Origin: Hydrolagus colliei
Taxonomy: Eukaryota
Assembly (NCBI GenBank): GCA_035084275.1
Contig: CM068762.1
Coordinates: 9,920,001 to 9,984,000, forward strand
DNA: 64,000 nucleotides
Reading direction: 5' to 3'
Positions 1 through 13,587 of this stretch are shown one piece after another. The notes under the pieces are model-generated. The model was not told where the DNA came from and ran no database searches. It saw only the letters and a list, made by a program, of their open reading frames with translations. The number at the start of each line of letters is the position of its first letter. Positions within the stretch are counted from its first letter, which is position 1. Position numbers and translations under genes: made by a program.

Positions 1-91
1 TTCAGTTTGAAAAGATAGCGATTCTCCAGTCAGAGCCCTTGGATGTCAGGCGGGTAGGATGGCAGCAGAGAAAATCACTTGAACCACTCAC

Positions 92-325
92 CTTTCTCCA
101 CTTTGAAGTCTTCAGGAAGGAGGCTGTCTTGTCTGTTGCCGAGCACAAAGGCCAAGAACGACAGAATGAGGGCATCGAGGATCCCAATTATAGCCAGAAT
201 GTAGGCCCAGCGCACAGAACATTCTCCCAAAGTGTACTTGTCAGTCTTGTTCCCACACATTTGTTTGACTGCATCTGAATCCCAACCATCAGGGTAAATC
301 ATGCATCCCATTATGAGGCTGGCCG
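92..325 (-). CDS. lhfpl5: LHFPL5 (TMHS), coding exon 2
   Basis: Acceptor ttttttatcttcag|CG at 325 is phase-compatible with exon 1 (G+CG = Ala). Encodes AASLIMGCMIYPDGWDSDAVKQMCGNKTDKYTLGECSVRWAYILAIIGILDALILSFLAFVLGNRQDSLLPEDFKVEK. Donor AAG|gtgagt at 92/91; 234 nt. The terminal exon is outside the window. Confidence 0.9.
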
Positions 326-1781
326 CTGAAGATAAAAAAAAGAGAGAGCAACAAAATCTGTTATTCAAGATTGTTATAAGACTATAAAACTGATGTTTGC
401 AAGCTATGTCGAAAGTTCCCTCGTGTTTTGTTATCCCTTTTCTACAATGATTTTGTTGAAACAAGCATTCAATGGTATATTGTGGCATTTCATAAAATAA
501 GAAATACTTCCTGGTACCTGTGACGAAATTGCCCTTTGCAGCTCTAATCTGTGTTCTGTTGTTTTGGTGCATCCAAAAGTAAATACTTTATATATTGTGT
601 TTTTATACAATGATGTGATGGTATTCTTTTACATTGCTAATTGCTAATAATAATAATACTCCTTGCATTTGATATGATGCCTTATCCCGTCTTTGAGACA
701 TCTCAAAGCGCTAGACAGAATGTACTACAAAGTGTAGCCACCGAGTATTTTGTGGGCAAAACCCAGCAGCCAATCACGTACAGCAGTGTCCCACAAACAG
801 TCGTAGATTAAATGAGTGGATTTATTATTATTGTTTGGTGGGGGGGTTGAGGAATTATTACCCTTGGCTTGCCTTCCCACACATCTTCCTCACATGCTCC
901 CTTTAAACCTATGAAATAGGCAGGTAGAGACTCAGTACCATTCTGTGCTGGGATAATACCATGTGCTGCCGACAACTTTGCTCTTAACACTTTGCAGTGC
1001 CAGAAGTGACAGTTACCACGTCAGTAAAATGAATGTAGACCTACTCCTCAGTTCTCTCAGAGCTGCACAACCTTCCCTGATAGAGAAGGCATATGGGCAC
1101 CCAGAGACTGAGAGTTCACTGTCTACAAACTGTTAATCACAGTACTGTATATCATGACATCCCCGATCGCTGTATGTTTCTTGGTGTTTTTTTTGTATGT
1201 GCTGGCTCTGCTGCTCTCTGTTGCGGTGCTTCTCTCAAATGTGTATCTTATGAAGGGAAATCAGAATAGATGACAACAACAACAACTTCGATTCATATAG
1301 ATCTGGAGTCAGTGTATGCTACGAGCTTACAATGTGAAACATTGTCCAGCGCCTTGGGACGTCCTCCCGACGTGAAAGGTGCTATACAAATGTAATTTTG
1401 TTGTGTTGTTGCTATCATTGCTGCTGTTGCAAAAATCCATGCGTACGGTATTACAACAACAGCAGCGAAATAACATGAAAGGCTGATGTATTAATGATCT
1501 ATAAGTTATGGCAGTTGTTTAATGCTCTCTAAGTTATGGAAGAGATGTGCACATTTACACAGGAGATATATGCTATTTCTACAGCATGGGATGGATAAGG
1601 CAGCGTTGCCTCTTCCATCGTGGCATCTCCATCCTGTATTTGGTTGTACTGCGGGTTTTGTGGCAAGCTGCGGTGATTTTGTTTGCAATTTTCCGCGAAC
1701 CATATAACTTGAGCCACTGTGTGTTGCACTACAGGAAAGGGTGGTCAGGAGAAGATCGATTCACGCTGCAGCAGTATATTT

Positions 1782-2096
1782 GGAGTCCTGTGGCTCAGTG
1801 GCTAGAGCACTCGCCTTGCAAGCAAGACACCTGGGTTCGATTCCAGCCAGGTCAGGGTGAAATCTTGGGCAAGTTTCCTTACTCCACACTCCTGATAATA
1901 ATCCCTCAAAAAAAAGGTTCATTTCAATCCACGACTGCTTGTGGGACGCTGCTGTGTGCAATTGGCTGCGGTGTTTCGCCCACACATATACAGTCAATTC
2001 ACTTTACAGTATATTCTGTGAAGAGCTTTGAGACGTGTAGAAGACGTGAAAAGCGCTATATGAAACGCAAGGATTATTCTTCTAATTCTTATTATT
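1782..2096 (+). mobile_element. tRNA-derived Deu-type SINE (family A), full length
   Basis: tRNA-like head with A box (tggctcagtgg) and B box (ggttcgattcc), A-rich linker, core tgtgggacrctgctgtgcgcaattggctgc, L2-like 3' stem-loop and (TTA)n-like tail. Confidence 0.9.
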
Positions 2097-5000
2097 GATG
2101 TCCAGAAGGATTTTAATAAAGCTTTTTGGTACGGTTGTAGTAATGTATCTCTTGCACAGTGGGTACACAGTTGGTTTACTCTTGTGCCCATTTGATCTTT
2201 CCTTATATCCAGCCTTTGAGCTGATAACCTTAATCACCGTTCTTGGTAACCCCCTTCCGGCGAATACTCGCTGGTAGCTATCCTACAGAGGCTTGTCCTA
2301 CTGTTGCAAACATATTTGAAGCTCTCGTTCACGGTTCACTTTCTCTACCTTGGGCAGCATCATCCAGTCTGCGCTTAATCATTTTTGGGTTGAAGCAGAC
2401 AGGATTGCAGCCCATCCAGGGAGAGAGTGCTCTCTCCATTCACGAGATCGTTAAATTACAGACAATCACAAAGTTCCCTGTATAAGTGGAACACTCAATA
2501 AATTGGATTGAATACTCCTAAGTGCTTTGGGGACTCTTAAGTACAGCGATGTACGTATTTCTGTTGCCTGACGAAAATAAAAACGCTGATCAGTCTCCCG
2601 CTGCTTTTCTTTCCCAACAAAAAGCCTGCGAATTGAACCAGGCATGGTTTATTGGATGTTTTCACATCAATCAAAATGGTGTTTACATCAGCCGTGCATT
2701 TATCTGGAGAAGCTGCTGGTTTATACAGTGAACTTTAATGCAGGAGTTTTAGTGCCTTGCTCAAATTTTCCCTGGATATTTCCTCCAAGGTCATGTGTGG
2801 CAGAAAACCGTTCTGACACACTCGAAGGAACAAAATGTCCTTTAATTGGCAAGGAGTTAATCCTTAAAAAGACGGATAACTTCTGTGTGATTTTAAATGC
2901 AACCCTACTGTATTATTTGACCAGACATTCCCAGCCAGCCACACAACTAATTGAATATCTTCCGCTTTTCACCTTTCCCTGACATTGCCAAGTAGCCCTA
3001 CAATAAACCCCAGACAATTAATTTGATGGATTCCCCTGAAAGTAATTTGGACAGGAATGCTATTTGGACACAGGGAAGTGCCGGGCAGTGAAAAAAAACC
3101 TTAATTTAAGCCAACGCTCTGCTGAAGTATTACAATTCATGGTAGTTGGCCAGCCTGATGGAAAAAAAATAGCAATTTCCTTTTACTTGCTAAAATCGTG
3201 AACCTGTGTTTTTTGGACTAACTTTGTTGTGTTTTCCATCGTGACTGTCACTGACCTGCTTGTAGTTTGCTGGCTACGCCTTAAACCAAGCATTAATAGC
3301 ATTAATCCCAGCGCTTTGGGACGTCCTCCCGATGTGAAAGGCGCTCCAATTTGTTGTTGTGAATCGTATAACAACAACAACAACAACAACTTTGATTTTT
3401 ATAGCTCCCTCCACGCCGGACGGCATCTCAGAGCGTTTCAGAATAATGGATCCGGGCCCGAGCCAGGGAGAGACGGGAATAAGGTGACCGAAGGCGCGGT
3501 AATAATCCTTGCATTTCACACAGCGACTTTCACGTCAGGTGGATGCCTTAAAGCGCTTCACTGTGAAGTATCGTGGCGGCTGCATGTTTTGTAAGCAAAC
3601 ACGGCAGCCAACCTGCGCACAGCGATGTCCCACAAACCACACAACACCAAATTACATTTGTGTAGAGCCTTTCACGAACTGAATAACCGAATTTATCTGG
3701 GGGATTGTTGGCCAGTACGCCAGGGGAATAGTATAACACCAAGTCGATAGTCTTCTCATTAAAACAAAGCATTCCGTGAATAAATCCCAATGCTCTGTCC
3801 TCAACCACCCTTCCTGGTAAATCTGTTCCATTTATTAATTACCCTTTGGGAGAAGCGCTGCCTTTTTGAGAGACCGCGTCCTGGGATGTGACAATAAACT
3901 ATTCCATCCCTGTTAGTCACACTCTTTTAACAGCTGTCGTCGGTTTCGAATTGGCAGCTGCCCGGAATCATCATGAAAGCACATTGCTGCCTTTTCGCAT
4001 TCGCACCTTAAGATTGTGACTGGCAACGGAGGAGGATACAGAGCCCGTGAAATATTCTCTCCGTCCAATCAGACCCCAACAATTCCATCGTTGGTGGAAA
4101 TATTTGTTAAGTGGCTCAGTGTATGTTGAACGCTGCAATAAACTCCCAGCTGTTATTTGCTCGATCAAGGCTGCTTGCCGGTAGATGACAATGATTTACA
4201 ATGTAATCAGTGAAGGTTGAAATCCCTTGCGAGGCTGATGCAGAGTTTTACTGGCCTCAGCTTTAGTGCAACACGCAGCCAACCCCGCACTTTATTCGAC
4301 TTTGGAAAAGCTCACCGTACAATTCAGAGGCAAAAAAAAGACCCCCATGGGTTTTAACGTCAGGAATCCGAGCAAAAAAAGCAAAACATCTCTGGATATC
4401 TTGTAAATCAATAGGTGTAAATCCCCGACACTGCCACACTTTTGGTGACCACAGCAATAACAACAACAACTAGCTCTTATATAGCACCCTCCACGCTGGT
4501 CCGCGTCTCAGAGCGCTTCACAGTGGCGGAGCCCGAGGCCGAGCCAGGGGGGAGGGGGAAGGTGACTTCATAAGCGCGGTCGAAGAGAAAAAAGGAGAGG
4601 GTGAGGTGAAAGGGATTGAAGTAAGGTGCACAGTACTGGGTGGTATGTTGGAGGCATCGACCTTTGGATGAAAGGTCTGAGGTCCCGCCCTGACATTTCG
4701 AGGTAACGTTAAAGATCCCACTCAAGAAGACAAGGGAGTTTCTCCCAATGACCTGCCCCAACAATCAATGCCCTGGATAAGATTGATCATTCTTCAGCAG
4801 GCTTACATCTGTTGTGAAACTTGATGTACTCTAGACAAACGACAAACCAAACGTTTTTGACAGCATGCAAATTGCTCTGTAGGTGTGGGCTCGAACCCCT
4901 AACTCCAAGACCCAAAGCAAAGGCAAACGCATCTGCCTATTGCTGTTGGCCTAATGCTGTAATCCTCGCATTTATTATAGTGCCTTGAACATTGAAATGT

Positions 5001-6258
5001 CTCAAAGCACTTCATAAGTAATTGCTGTCAAGCACCTCATAGACAAAATTCACTTGAAATATAAATTAACTCTGCAGAATAGACAATTAGTACATTGTGT
5101 ACAGTCCTATGCACAGCCCTTTGCCACTAAAGAATAAGGTTTGGGTGCTAAATGTCTATCAGCTTTACTGTCAGCCAATTTTATGGCTTTGTTAAACACG
5201 TTATATTCTCCATGGGCCACTTATACTGAATTGCCGCAGGTAAACACAAGCAAGAACACTGAAGGGAAAGACGCTTACAAGTTTAACGGCACAGCTGCAA
5301 GTTGCGCGCACGAATTAATGGACTTCAAGTAGCGTGCCTAAAGTGAGGGAACATTCATTAACCTTTACTGACAACAGCAACTCGGATATAAATGCCACGG
5401 GAGGTTGCGAGAGACGGTTTGGTTTTATTTCCTCAATTAGTAGCACGACACACTTATAAAACTATAAAGCTGGTGACAAGCAATCTGAGTGAAGTCTTCC
5501 CGGGGACTGATTAATTTTGAACATTTGATGGCCGTGTTAAGAATTATTTGATTGAAATGGTAGGTGTGATTGATCTTTCGAGATTCATGACTTCGGTGGT
5601 TCGAATGATGGATTTCTGATGGAATTTGCTGCCAGGGGCACAGCAAATTGCGCAAAGCTTTGTCTTGTTACAAAAACACTCTCAATTATAATAATTCTAC
5701 ACACAGACACACACACAATGCTTGATGCATGGGCTAATTGAGAAAATGTGCCACTTTGGAGAATCTATTTGCCATTTAAATCATAAGCAAGTGGCATTGC
5801 AAAAGTCTGTTAAAAAGATCGATGCAATTTTAGTGAGTGGCTACTTACCAAAATGATGCGCTAGAAGTCCTAAGTGGAAATGCTCTGCTTTTGGATGTAA
5901 CAGAGGCAGTTAAACAAGCTGTAGGAAGCTACCAACTCAATATTGACCCAATAATGTTCCAAATTCCAGGCTACAAAATATGGTCTTTCAGTTCGCTTGG
6001 CCCTATCTCTCTGAGCCTATCTGAGGGTGGATTTGTAGCACTGGCTTGATTCCAATGGGAATTCCATTTCAATTTCCTATTTTGTTTTCTTTTATTGTGG
6101 ACCGTAAGTGGAGGAAATATTCAGCAAGAAAAAAAGAAATAAAATGTAGGTGCTATAATTTCAGGGCATTGAGTTATTTGTCTCCTTGTTTCTGTTAGTG
6201 AAATGTAATTCAATAATAGCTGATAGTCTATAAAATGTAATGAATTTTTTTAGCGTCA

Positions 6259-6555
6259 TAACAATAACAATCCTTGCATTTGATATAGCGATTTTCACGT
6301 CTTCTAGATGCCTCAAAGCGCTTCACTGAATGTACTGTAAAGTGAATTGACTGGATGTAAGTGGGCGAAATGTGGCAGCCAATTGTGCACAACAGCATTC
6401 CACAACCAGCCGTGGATTGAAATGAACAGTTTTTTTTATTATTAGGCGTGTGGAGTAAAGAAACTTGCCCAAGGTTTCGCCCTGACCTGCCGGGAATCGA
6501 ACCCAGGTCCATCGCTTGTAAGGCGACTGCTCAAACTACTGAGCGACAGGACTCC
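6259..6555 (-). mobile_element. SINE family A, full length
   Basis: Reverse complement of the 1782-2096 type. Confidence 0.9.
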
Positions 6556-7434
6556 ACGTGGTGGAATACAACATAACTCTATCCAAAGCAGACTTGAGAG
6601 ATCCACAATCAACTGCACATGGAAATTTCCCTGTGTCAGGAATGGAATGCACACTCTCTCTCCTGGAAGGATTTATTAAAATGAATCGAAACAGATTGTA
6701 AAGTGCTAAAACATTTATAAATTCACAGTGACACAGTGATACAGTGACTTTTTTTTTTAGCTTTGGGACAATCTAGAAAAAAAACAAGTTTGTTGATGTC
6801 AAAGCAACGACACATCATCTATTAATGTTCCGATGAACATTTGCGGCATGGATCAAATCTGTCTGCCTTTAATACTATCTAATATTCCGTCCTCATAGGG
6901 CTGACGGGATTAATGGTGCATCGCAAGCTGTTCCTGTCTATTTGAAACCGATCCCTCACTCCAGCGAGCTCCTTACATTTTACATTAATTGGATCATCTC
7001 CTTTCCAATATCTCATGCTTTCTAATTTCTTTTATTCTTGCCCTGGCAGGTTTCAGCAGACAAGCGAATTGACATGGTGCTGACACGTCCGCACCACTCA
7101 ATCCTCATCTTTACGCCATCAATCGCAATTTCTTCTCTCCCCGAAAGTGTCATTTCTGCCACACTGCAGGAAGCTTCATTTTTAATACTCGGGTCTCGTA
7201 CGTCCACCATTTTCATTGGCCCTCCGGTTAAAAATAAACGTTTCCCCTCCCCCCCAGCCTCCACAAAATCATTACTCCTTTAAGGTTTCAATCATTGAAG
7301 TACTTTGCAATTTGCTACATCTGACTGAAACTTGTTAGCGGGAATTTCAAATACATTAGCATCTAATCAGTTTTCAAGCTCAAGTAACAGTTGTACTAAT
7401 CAAACAAAGATTTTTTTTTCCAAATGTGGATTCA

Positions 7435-7596
7435 GTTGTGGATTCAAATGACCAATTTATTATTGTTTTTTTTCGAGGGATTATTATCAGGCGTGTGGAG
7501 TAAGGAAGATTGTCCAAGGTTTTGCCCTGACCTGGACTCGAACCTAGGTCTCTCGCTTGCAAGGCGAGTGCTCTAACCAGTGAGGTACAGGACTCC
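7435..7596 (-). mobile_element. SINE family A, 5' half
   Basis: tRNA head and linker only. Confidence 0.85.
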
Positions 7597-8725
7597 ACAG
7601 CAATCTGCCAGGAGATGCTATATCCCATGTGAAATGCAAGTTGTCGTTGTTGAATATCTGAACCAATTATTTTCCATTCTTTTTGAAAGCAATCATTATG
7701 CATGTCTTACCTATAAGGGATCGTAAAACTTGGTGTAAAAGATAGTCATTAATTTCCCTGAAAGAAGTTGAAGAATTTCAACTTCAATGGTCTTAAAAAT
7801 TAAGTGGATCTTAAGATTGTTTTTTCAGTAGTAATATTAGGATTAATTTAGATGGTACTTTTGACAGGTGCTTGAATGTTTCTTTGTTAACCTCTTGGTG
7901 AGGAATTTGTATCATTGTATGCTGAATTTAATAAAAAAAAGTCTATTTGTCTGGCCAAAAGCATGGGTTCAGCTATATTGCTGCAATAAAATGCCAAACA
8001 ATAGATGCGACTGGGAGTCCTTGAATGACACTACACACTGGAAAAGTTGTTGAAGTTGAGTAATACCAGCAAGTTTGAGAAGTCATTCACTCTTTCTCTC
8101 TCTTTCTCTCCACCAGATGGTGAGGTTCATTATAAAACAATGACTCGTTGCTCTTTATATAAAAAAAACGGTGTCAATTGACAATCGACTCCAATTGAAC
8201 CACGGACGGATAGGCTTAACCACAAAAGGTCAGGCTTCGCTGGGGGTATTTCTATCGCGGTTTACTTTTATTTCCATGGAGACAGTAAGATCAATGCTTT
8301 GATGCTCCGCTCAATTTCTTTTAACAAAAACAGATTAGAATCTCAATTTCTGCAACACGAACAGGTTGCACCTGGGTCTGATTGAATTTGGTGTGACATC
8401 CAAAAGAGGTTGAGAACTGGTCTGACCAAAAATAAAACAGACAATTACATAGACTATAACTGCATAGAGACAATTTGGACCATCCAATAATATTTGCCTC
8501 ACACAGCTAAGACACTCTCTTTTGAAAAGCATGACACCCGCAATGTGTCATACTGTATTGTATAATACTTTTACACTTAAATTAATGAGATTTGTTTCCA
8601 CTTTAAGAAGCAGAGGTAGGAACAAAAAGCATACCAGCAGAATTCTCAAGAAGCCTTACAGAGAGGGGGGAAAGGAAAGAATTTTGATGATGAGATTACC
8701 GATCTTTCACTGAAGTCATTGTGAT

Positions 8726-9033
8726 GTCCTGTAGCTCAGTGGTTAGAGCACTTGTCTTACAAGTGTGAGTCTTGTGTTTGAATCCAGTTAGGTCAGGGCG
8801 AAACCTTGGGCAAGTTTCCTTACTCCATATCCCTCCAAAAAAAAACACAATAATAAAATTGATACTTTCAATCCATGACTGTTTGTGGGACACTGCTGTG
8901 CGCAATTGGCTGCCGTGTTTCGCCCACAAATATGTAGTCAATTCACTTTACAGAACAGTATATTCTGTGAAGCTCTTTGAGACATTTAGAAGACGTGAAA
9001 AGCGCTATATCAAATTCAAGGATTATTATTATA
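8726..9033 (+). mobile_element. SINE family A, full length
   Basis: Head, core and tail match the family consensus. Confidence 0.9.
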
Positions 9034-10140
9034 ATGTGAAGTTGATGGCAATAAAACAAGTGAATTAAAAATAAGTTGACTATGTTTCGGTTATTCGTGA
9101 CACTTCTGTCCTGTTTTATACTATAAATGTTGGATATTCCCCTGGCTGATGCTGTCAACTATTATTTCATTTTTTTTTATCAGTAAAATCCTTGGCAATA
9201 GCCATTAAGATTTGATGAAGAACAGGGCAACTTTCCTCCACTTTAAACAAACATCTAGTCACTGCTCAGTTTTCCACCTTGACAACATGACTGAGATTAG
9301 AGTTTCACTGTATGGGTAATTCTAGGCATGAAAACTTTCTCCAGTGCATTGGAGCTACACCTCACTGTACCATAGATCTGCCTCCTGAATTAATATTTTT
9401 TTCGGAGAAACCTTTTAGCTAGAAATAGATGCATCAAAAGCAATGTGCGTGTAGCACTGGGGTTTAAGCAGGAACAGAGATCAAGGGCACAGGTCAACTG
9501 TTAAGACTCCATAATATGAACAAGGAGGGCGTTAAATCTATTGTGATACAAATGTTGTTGCAAACTCCCCTGGCTTGTGCTGTCAATCATTAACTACATT
9601 TTGTTTCACGGGCTCATAGCAACATTTCATTAGTTATTCAGGACATGGACTGACTGACAGATACTAGTTCGCTTGAGTTGCTGAAAATTCGTTGAAATAT
9701 TACTGGGATGCGCTTGCCTTTTACGGTGCCTTGTCACAAATTTGGAATGTAAGCTGCCGCCAGTCAGATGAGAGAAAAGGGGAGAGGAGAAGGGAAGGAT
9801 ACAACAAAATTAACATTTTCAAAATACTCCGTTGTAATACATTACTGTACAGTGAATTCTGTGAAACCTCCCGATGTGAAAGACGCTATATCAAAAGCAA
9901 GAATTATTATTATTATTATTCGCAGCATCAGAATTGAAGTCCATCAGATTTTTGGTTGGACTCTATAGCTCTTATTTGCTTACTAAAACTAAGCTTACTA
10001 AGTCAGTTCACTGGTGTTGACCAAACAAGTAGACTTCTTACCAAAGCATTTTGACATTGTTCATAAGGCTGTGTAAAAACAATGTCCTGAGAGTTCTCTC
10101 TCTTTCACTTCAGGGTGACTGTAATGGGTGTGATGTATGG

Positions 10141-10175
10141 CGATCGATCGATCGATCGATCGATCGATTGATTGA
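10141..10175. repeat. (CGAT)7 microsatellite grading into (TGAT)n
   Basis: Read directly. Confidence 0.95.
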
Positions 10176-10910
10176 TGTGATGGATTATTGGCCAGGACAC
10201 TGGGAAAAACTTCCTTCTCCTTCCGTACTGTGCCACCTGATTGATGAAATCCCTAAACAGGCAGATCAGACCTCAGTTTAACGTATGATCCAAAATACAA
10301 CATGTTCAGCAATGCAGCACTCCCCCCACTACTGCACTGGGTTGCCAGTCCCGCTCTAGACAGTTAGCTCACATCTGCTGACATATTTGTTCCGCGATCC
10401 TGCACTGAATATGTCCCACCATTTCATCCAAAAGCTCCGCAGAGGCATTCGAAGTTTTCAGTAAATTGCTAAATATTGCCAAAGCAAATCACGTTTGACT
10501 CAAGATGCATAGAGTTTGAAGGATGAAAGCAAAGCCTGCCTCTTTCCTTCTGATCTTGTATTCTGATTCAAGAAGCAGATGATAGCTTGTTCCATGAGTT
10601 CAATGCATAATGCAACCATCAGTCAGAGTTCAGTGGGATCCTTATTATAGTTAACTGATTGTAGACAATTTCCTCTTGGTAAACCATACAATACTGGGGG
10701 AGGTGGGGGAATTAAATATTGAACTATTCTACATATACAAGCAAAATACACACCATAAACTCTGTGAAGCAAGCACTGTGAGACACCTCAAATATGTTAT
10801 AAGGAGCTACATCAAATGTAAGAATTATTATTATTAGATAATCTAAATCTACAGCAAGTTGGACGCTGCAACATTTAAAGACAATACTTTCAGTTTTTAA
10901 AGCATGTTTA

Positions 10911-11273
10911 ATAATAATAATTTCATTTGATATAGCACTTTTCACATCTTTTCAACGTCTCAAAGCGCTTCACAGAATATACTGTAAAGTGAATTGACTC
11001 TATATTTTTGGGTGAAACGCGGCACAGCAATTGCGCACAGCAGTGTCCCACAAACAGGCATGGATTGAAGTGACCGATTTTTATTGTGGTGATGGGTCGG
11101 GGGGGGGGGGGGGGGGGGGGGGGCGGGTGTGGTGTGGTGCGGTTTGGACGGATTATTATTAGGGGTTTGAAGTAATGAAACTTGCCCAAAGTTTTGCCCT
11201 GATCTGCCTGGATTCGAACACGGGTCTCATGCTTGTAAGGCTACTATTCTAACCACTGAGCTACAGGCACTCC
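10911..11273 (-). mobile_element. SINE family A, full length, with poly-G/C in the linker
   Basis: Consensus match; a G run at about 11099-11123 lies in the linker. Confidence 0.9.
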
Positions 11274-11761
11274 ACTAATAATTCAATAAGGCATAAAGAG
11301 AACATAGAAGGAAGTCACTACAACACTTTGAGTACAACACCAAGATGCACCGGTGACTTAATAGACATTTTAAAGTCACACAAACAATAGCTTTGGTTAT
11401 TGTATGACATTCTGGATTTTACGAGGCAGTGCTTCACTTCCCTTCTCTGGCTAATAGTTGGTTTATGGAGGTTTTATTTCAACCGTTTTGATTGCTTTCA
11501 GTGCTCTTCATTCATACACTCTTATCGATCAGAATGGAATGTGGAGCCAGGGTATGTAAGTGTGCATCAATCTCCACCCGTTCTCTTTCCACTTAAGCCA
11601 AGCACAAGATAAAAACGCAACATCAATTAATTTTTAGAGTGTCCTAAGGAAGCAGGCAAAAGTCTAAATCAAATCAAGACAAATGTTCAGTGTTTAGTAT
11701 AATCATTAAATCACAGCCACACTCCTTGCAATCGTTGAAGAAGAAAGGAATGCTATCCAAT

Positions 11762-12115
11762 GATACTAGAATGGTACCAGGATTGAGGGACTTCAGTTAT
11801 GGGGAAAGGCTAGATAGGCTAGGTTTATTCTCTTTGGAAAAGAGAAGGTTGAGAGGAGACCTAATAGAGGTTTATAAAATCATGAGGGGATTCGACAAGG
11901 TGAATAAGGAAAAACTGTTTCCACTGGCGGGCGAACCTGTGACTCGTGTCACAGATTTAAAATAGTTTCAAAACGAAGCAGAGAGGAGTTGTGGAGAATT
12001 TTTTTCACTCAGCGGGTTGTTCAAATCTGGAATGCATTGCCTGAAAAGGTGGTGGAGGCCGATTCGATAACAGCTTTTAAAAGAGAATTAGATCTGTATT
12101 TAGGCAGAACAAAAT
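11762..12115 (+). mobile_element. CR1 LINE fragment (ORF2 C-terminus)
   Basis: RMVPGLRDFSYGERLDRLGLFSLEKRRLRGDLIEVYKIM is typical of the CR1 ORF2 C-terminus; frameshifted; followed directly by a SINE 3' fragment. Confidence 0.9.
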
Positions 12116-12611
12116 TTAGGCGAATTGACAATTCGCCCACAAAAAGTACAGTCAATTAACTTTACAGTATATTCTGTGAAGCGCTTTGAGATGTCTGGAA
12201 GATGTGATAAGGCGCTATATCAAATTATTACTATTCATCCATGCAAGAAAGTAGGCCTGGGAGCTCATCAGATGCCACTTGTGGGATACAAAAGCATGAG
12301 GTCCTTGCAGACACCACATAACAGCCTTGTTTCCTTGGTTGGAGACCAAACATCAGAGAAACATGCAAGCAAAAGCTCATTTCCTTCTCAATTACTCTGA
12401 ACTTCTCACAGAAAATGACCCGATGGCAGAACGCTGATCAGGCTGTCAACTCTCTTAAACTAAACAAATGAGTCTTTAGATCCAGCCATAGCATTCTCAT
12501 CTCTACTTGTTTGCATTCAGCACACCTTTTGAACTGATGTTATGAAGATGGACTGTATAATGCTGTATATAATAAGCCAAGACTGAGAAATTACCTTCAA
12601 CCAGTGTCTAT

Positions 12612-12909
12612 GTAATAATAAATGATCCTTGAATTTGATATTGCGCTTTTCACATCTTCTAGACTTCTCAAAGCAATTCACAGAATATACTGTAAAGTGA
12701 ATTGACTGTGTATATGTGGGCGAAACGCAGCAGTCAATTGCGTACAGCAGTGACCCATGAACAGTCATGGATTGAAATTACCAATTTATTATAGGTTTTT
12801 TTGGGACCGATTTTTATTAGGCATGTGGAGTAAGGAAACTTACCTGGATTCGAAACACAGGTCTCACGCTTGGAAGGCGAGTTCTATAACCACTGAGTTA
12901 CAGGACTCC
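12612..12909 (-). mobile_element. SINE family A, near full length
   Basis: Consensus match with a small internal deletion. Confidence 0.88.
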
Positions 12910-13244
12910 ACATGTATACTCTTTATGAATATTATACCATCTCTATTTCCTTGAGAGTTCTACTTGCTATCTATCCATTCAAGCCCAAACAATATGCAGC
13001 GTTATACAGTCTGTTTCATATTATATTGTGCATCCCTTATTCCTGTCAGTTCTTCCTCTCATTTTCTATCAGAATGATATGATAATGGGTCATTCCTTGT
13101 TAGAACGTTGTTGATGAGTATCAGGTTCCTCTTTGAAAGAGAAGTAATTATATATCGGAGTCAGTCATAATGTACAAGTCCAGATAAAGCAAGGATAGAT
13201 TTTGAAACGGGGTCACAAATAGATGCTAGTTAGCCCTAATTCAG

Positions 13245-13520
13245 GCTCCACAATGCGGACTTTGAGCTCATAGTCTAAGCTGACACTCCAGCGCAGTGCA
13301 AGTGGGGTGGAGGGAGGGGGGGTTTGGAGTATTGGAACGTCAGATGTACTGTCCAACAGATGGATGCACTAAGATGGCATTTTGAAAAGCGACGAGAATT
13401 TCTCCTGCCAATCCCCCAGGTAAAATCGGGCATTCACAGCATGGCTACCCTGTGGGTCATTGTGGGACGCAATTTGCATGTGGTATCCACCCACCATATA
13501 AAGCACAGTGAAGTATCTGG
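13245..13520 (+). mobile_element. Older Deu-type SINE (family B; SacSINE1/AmnSINE1-like core)
   Basis: Degraded ggacttgag...tctaagctgacactccagcgcag...atggcattttgaaaag...tgtgggacgcaatt, recognised from memory of the DeuSINE core. Confidence 0.55.
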
Positions 13521-13587
13521 GATCTGTTTCAATTCCATGGGTACTGTAGATCAACGGCAAGCATTACCATTACTCCATATGATATTT

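Noticed and set aside
326-572. N-terminal part of the 75..572 ORF and the read-through end GEWFK*
   Set aside because: Intron sequence flanking exon 2. A strong acceptor at 325 and donor at 92 explain it, though intron retention cannot be excluded.
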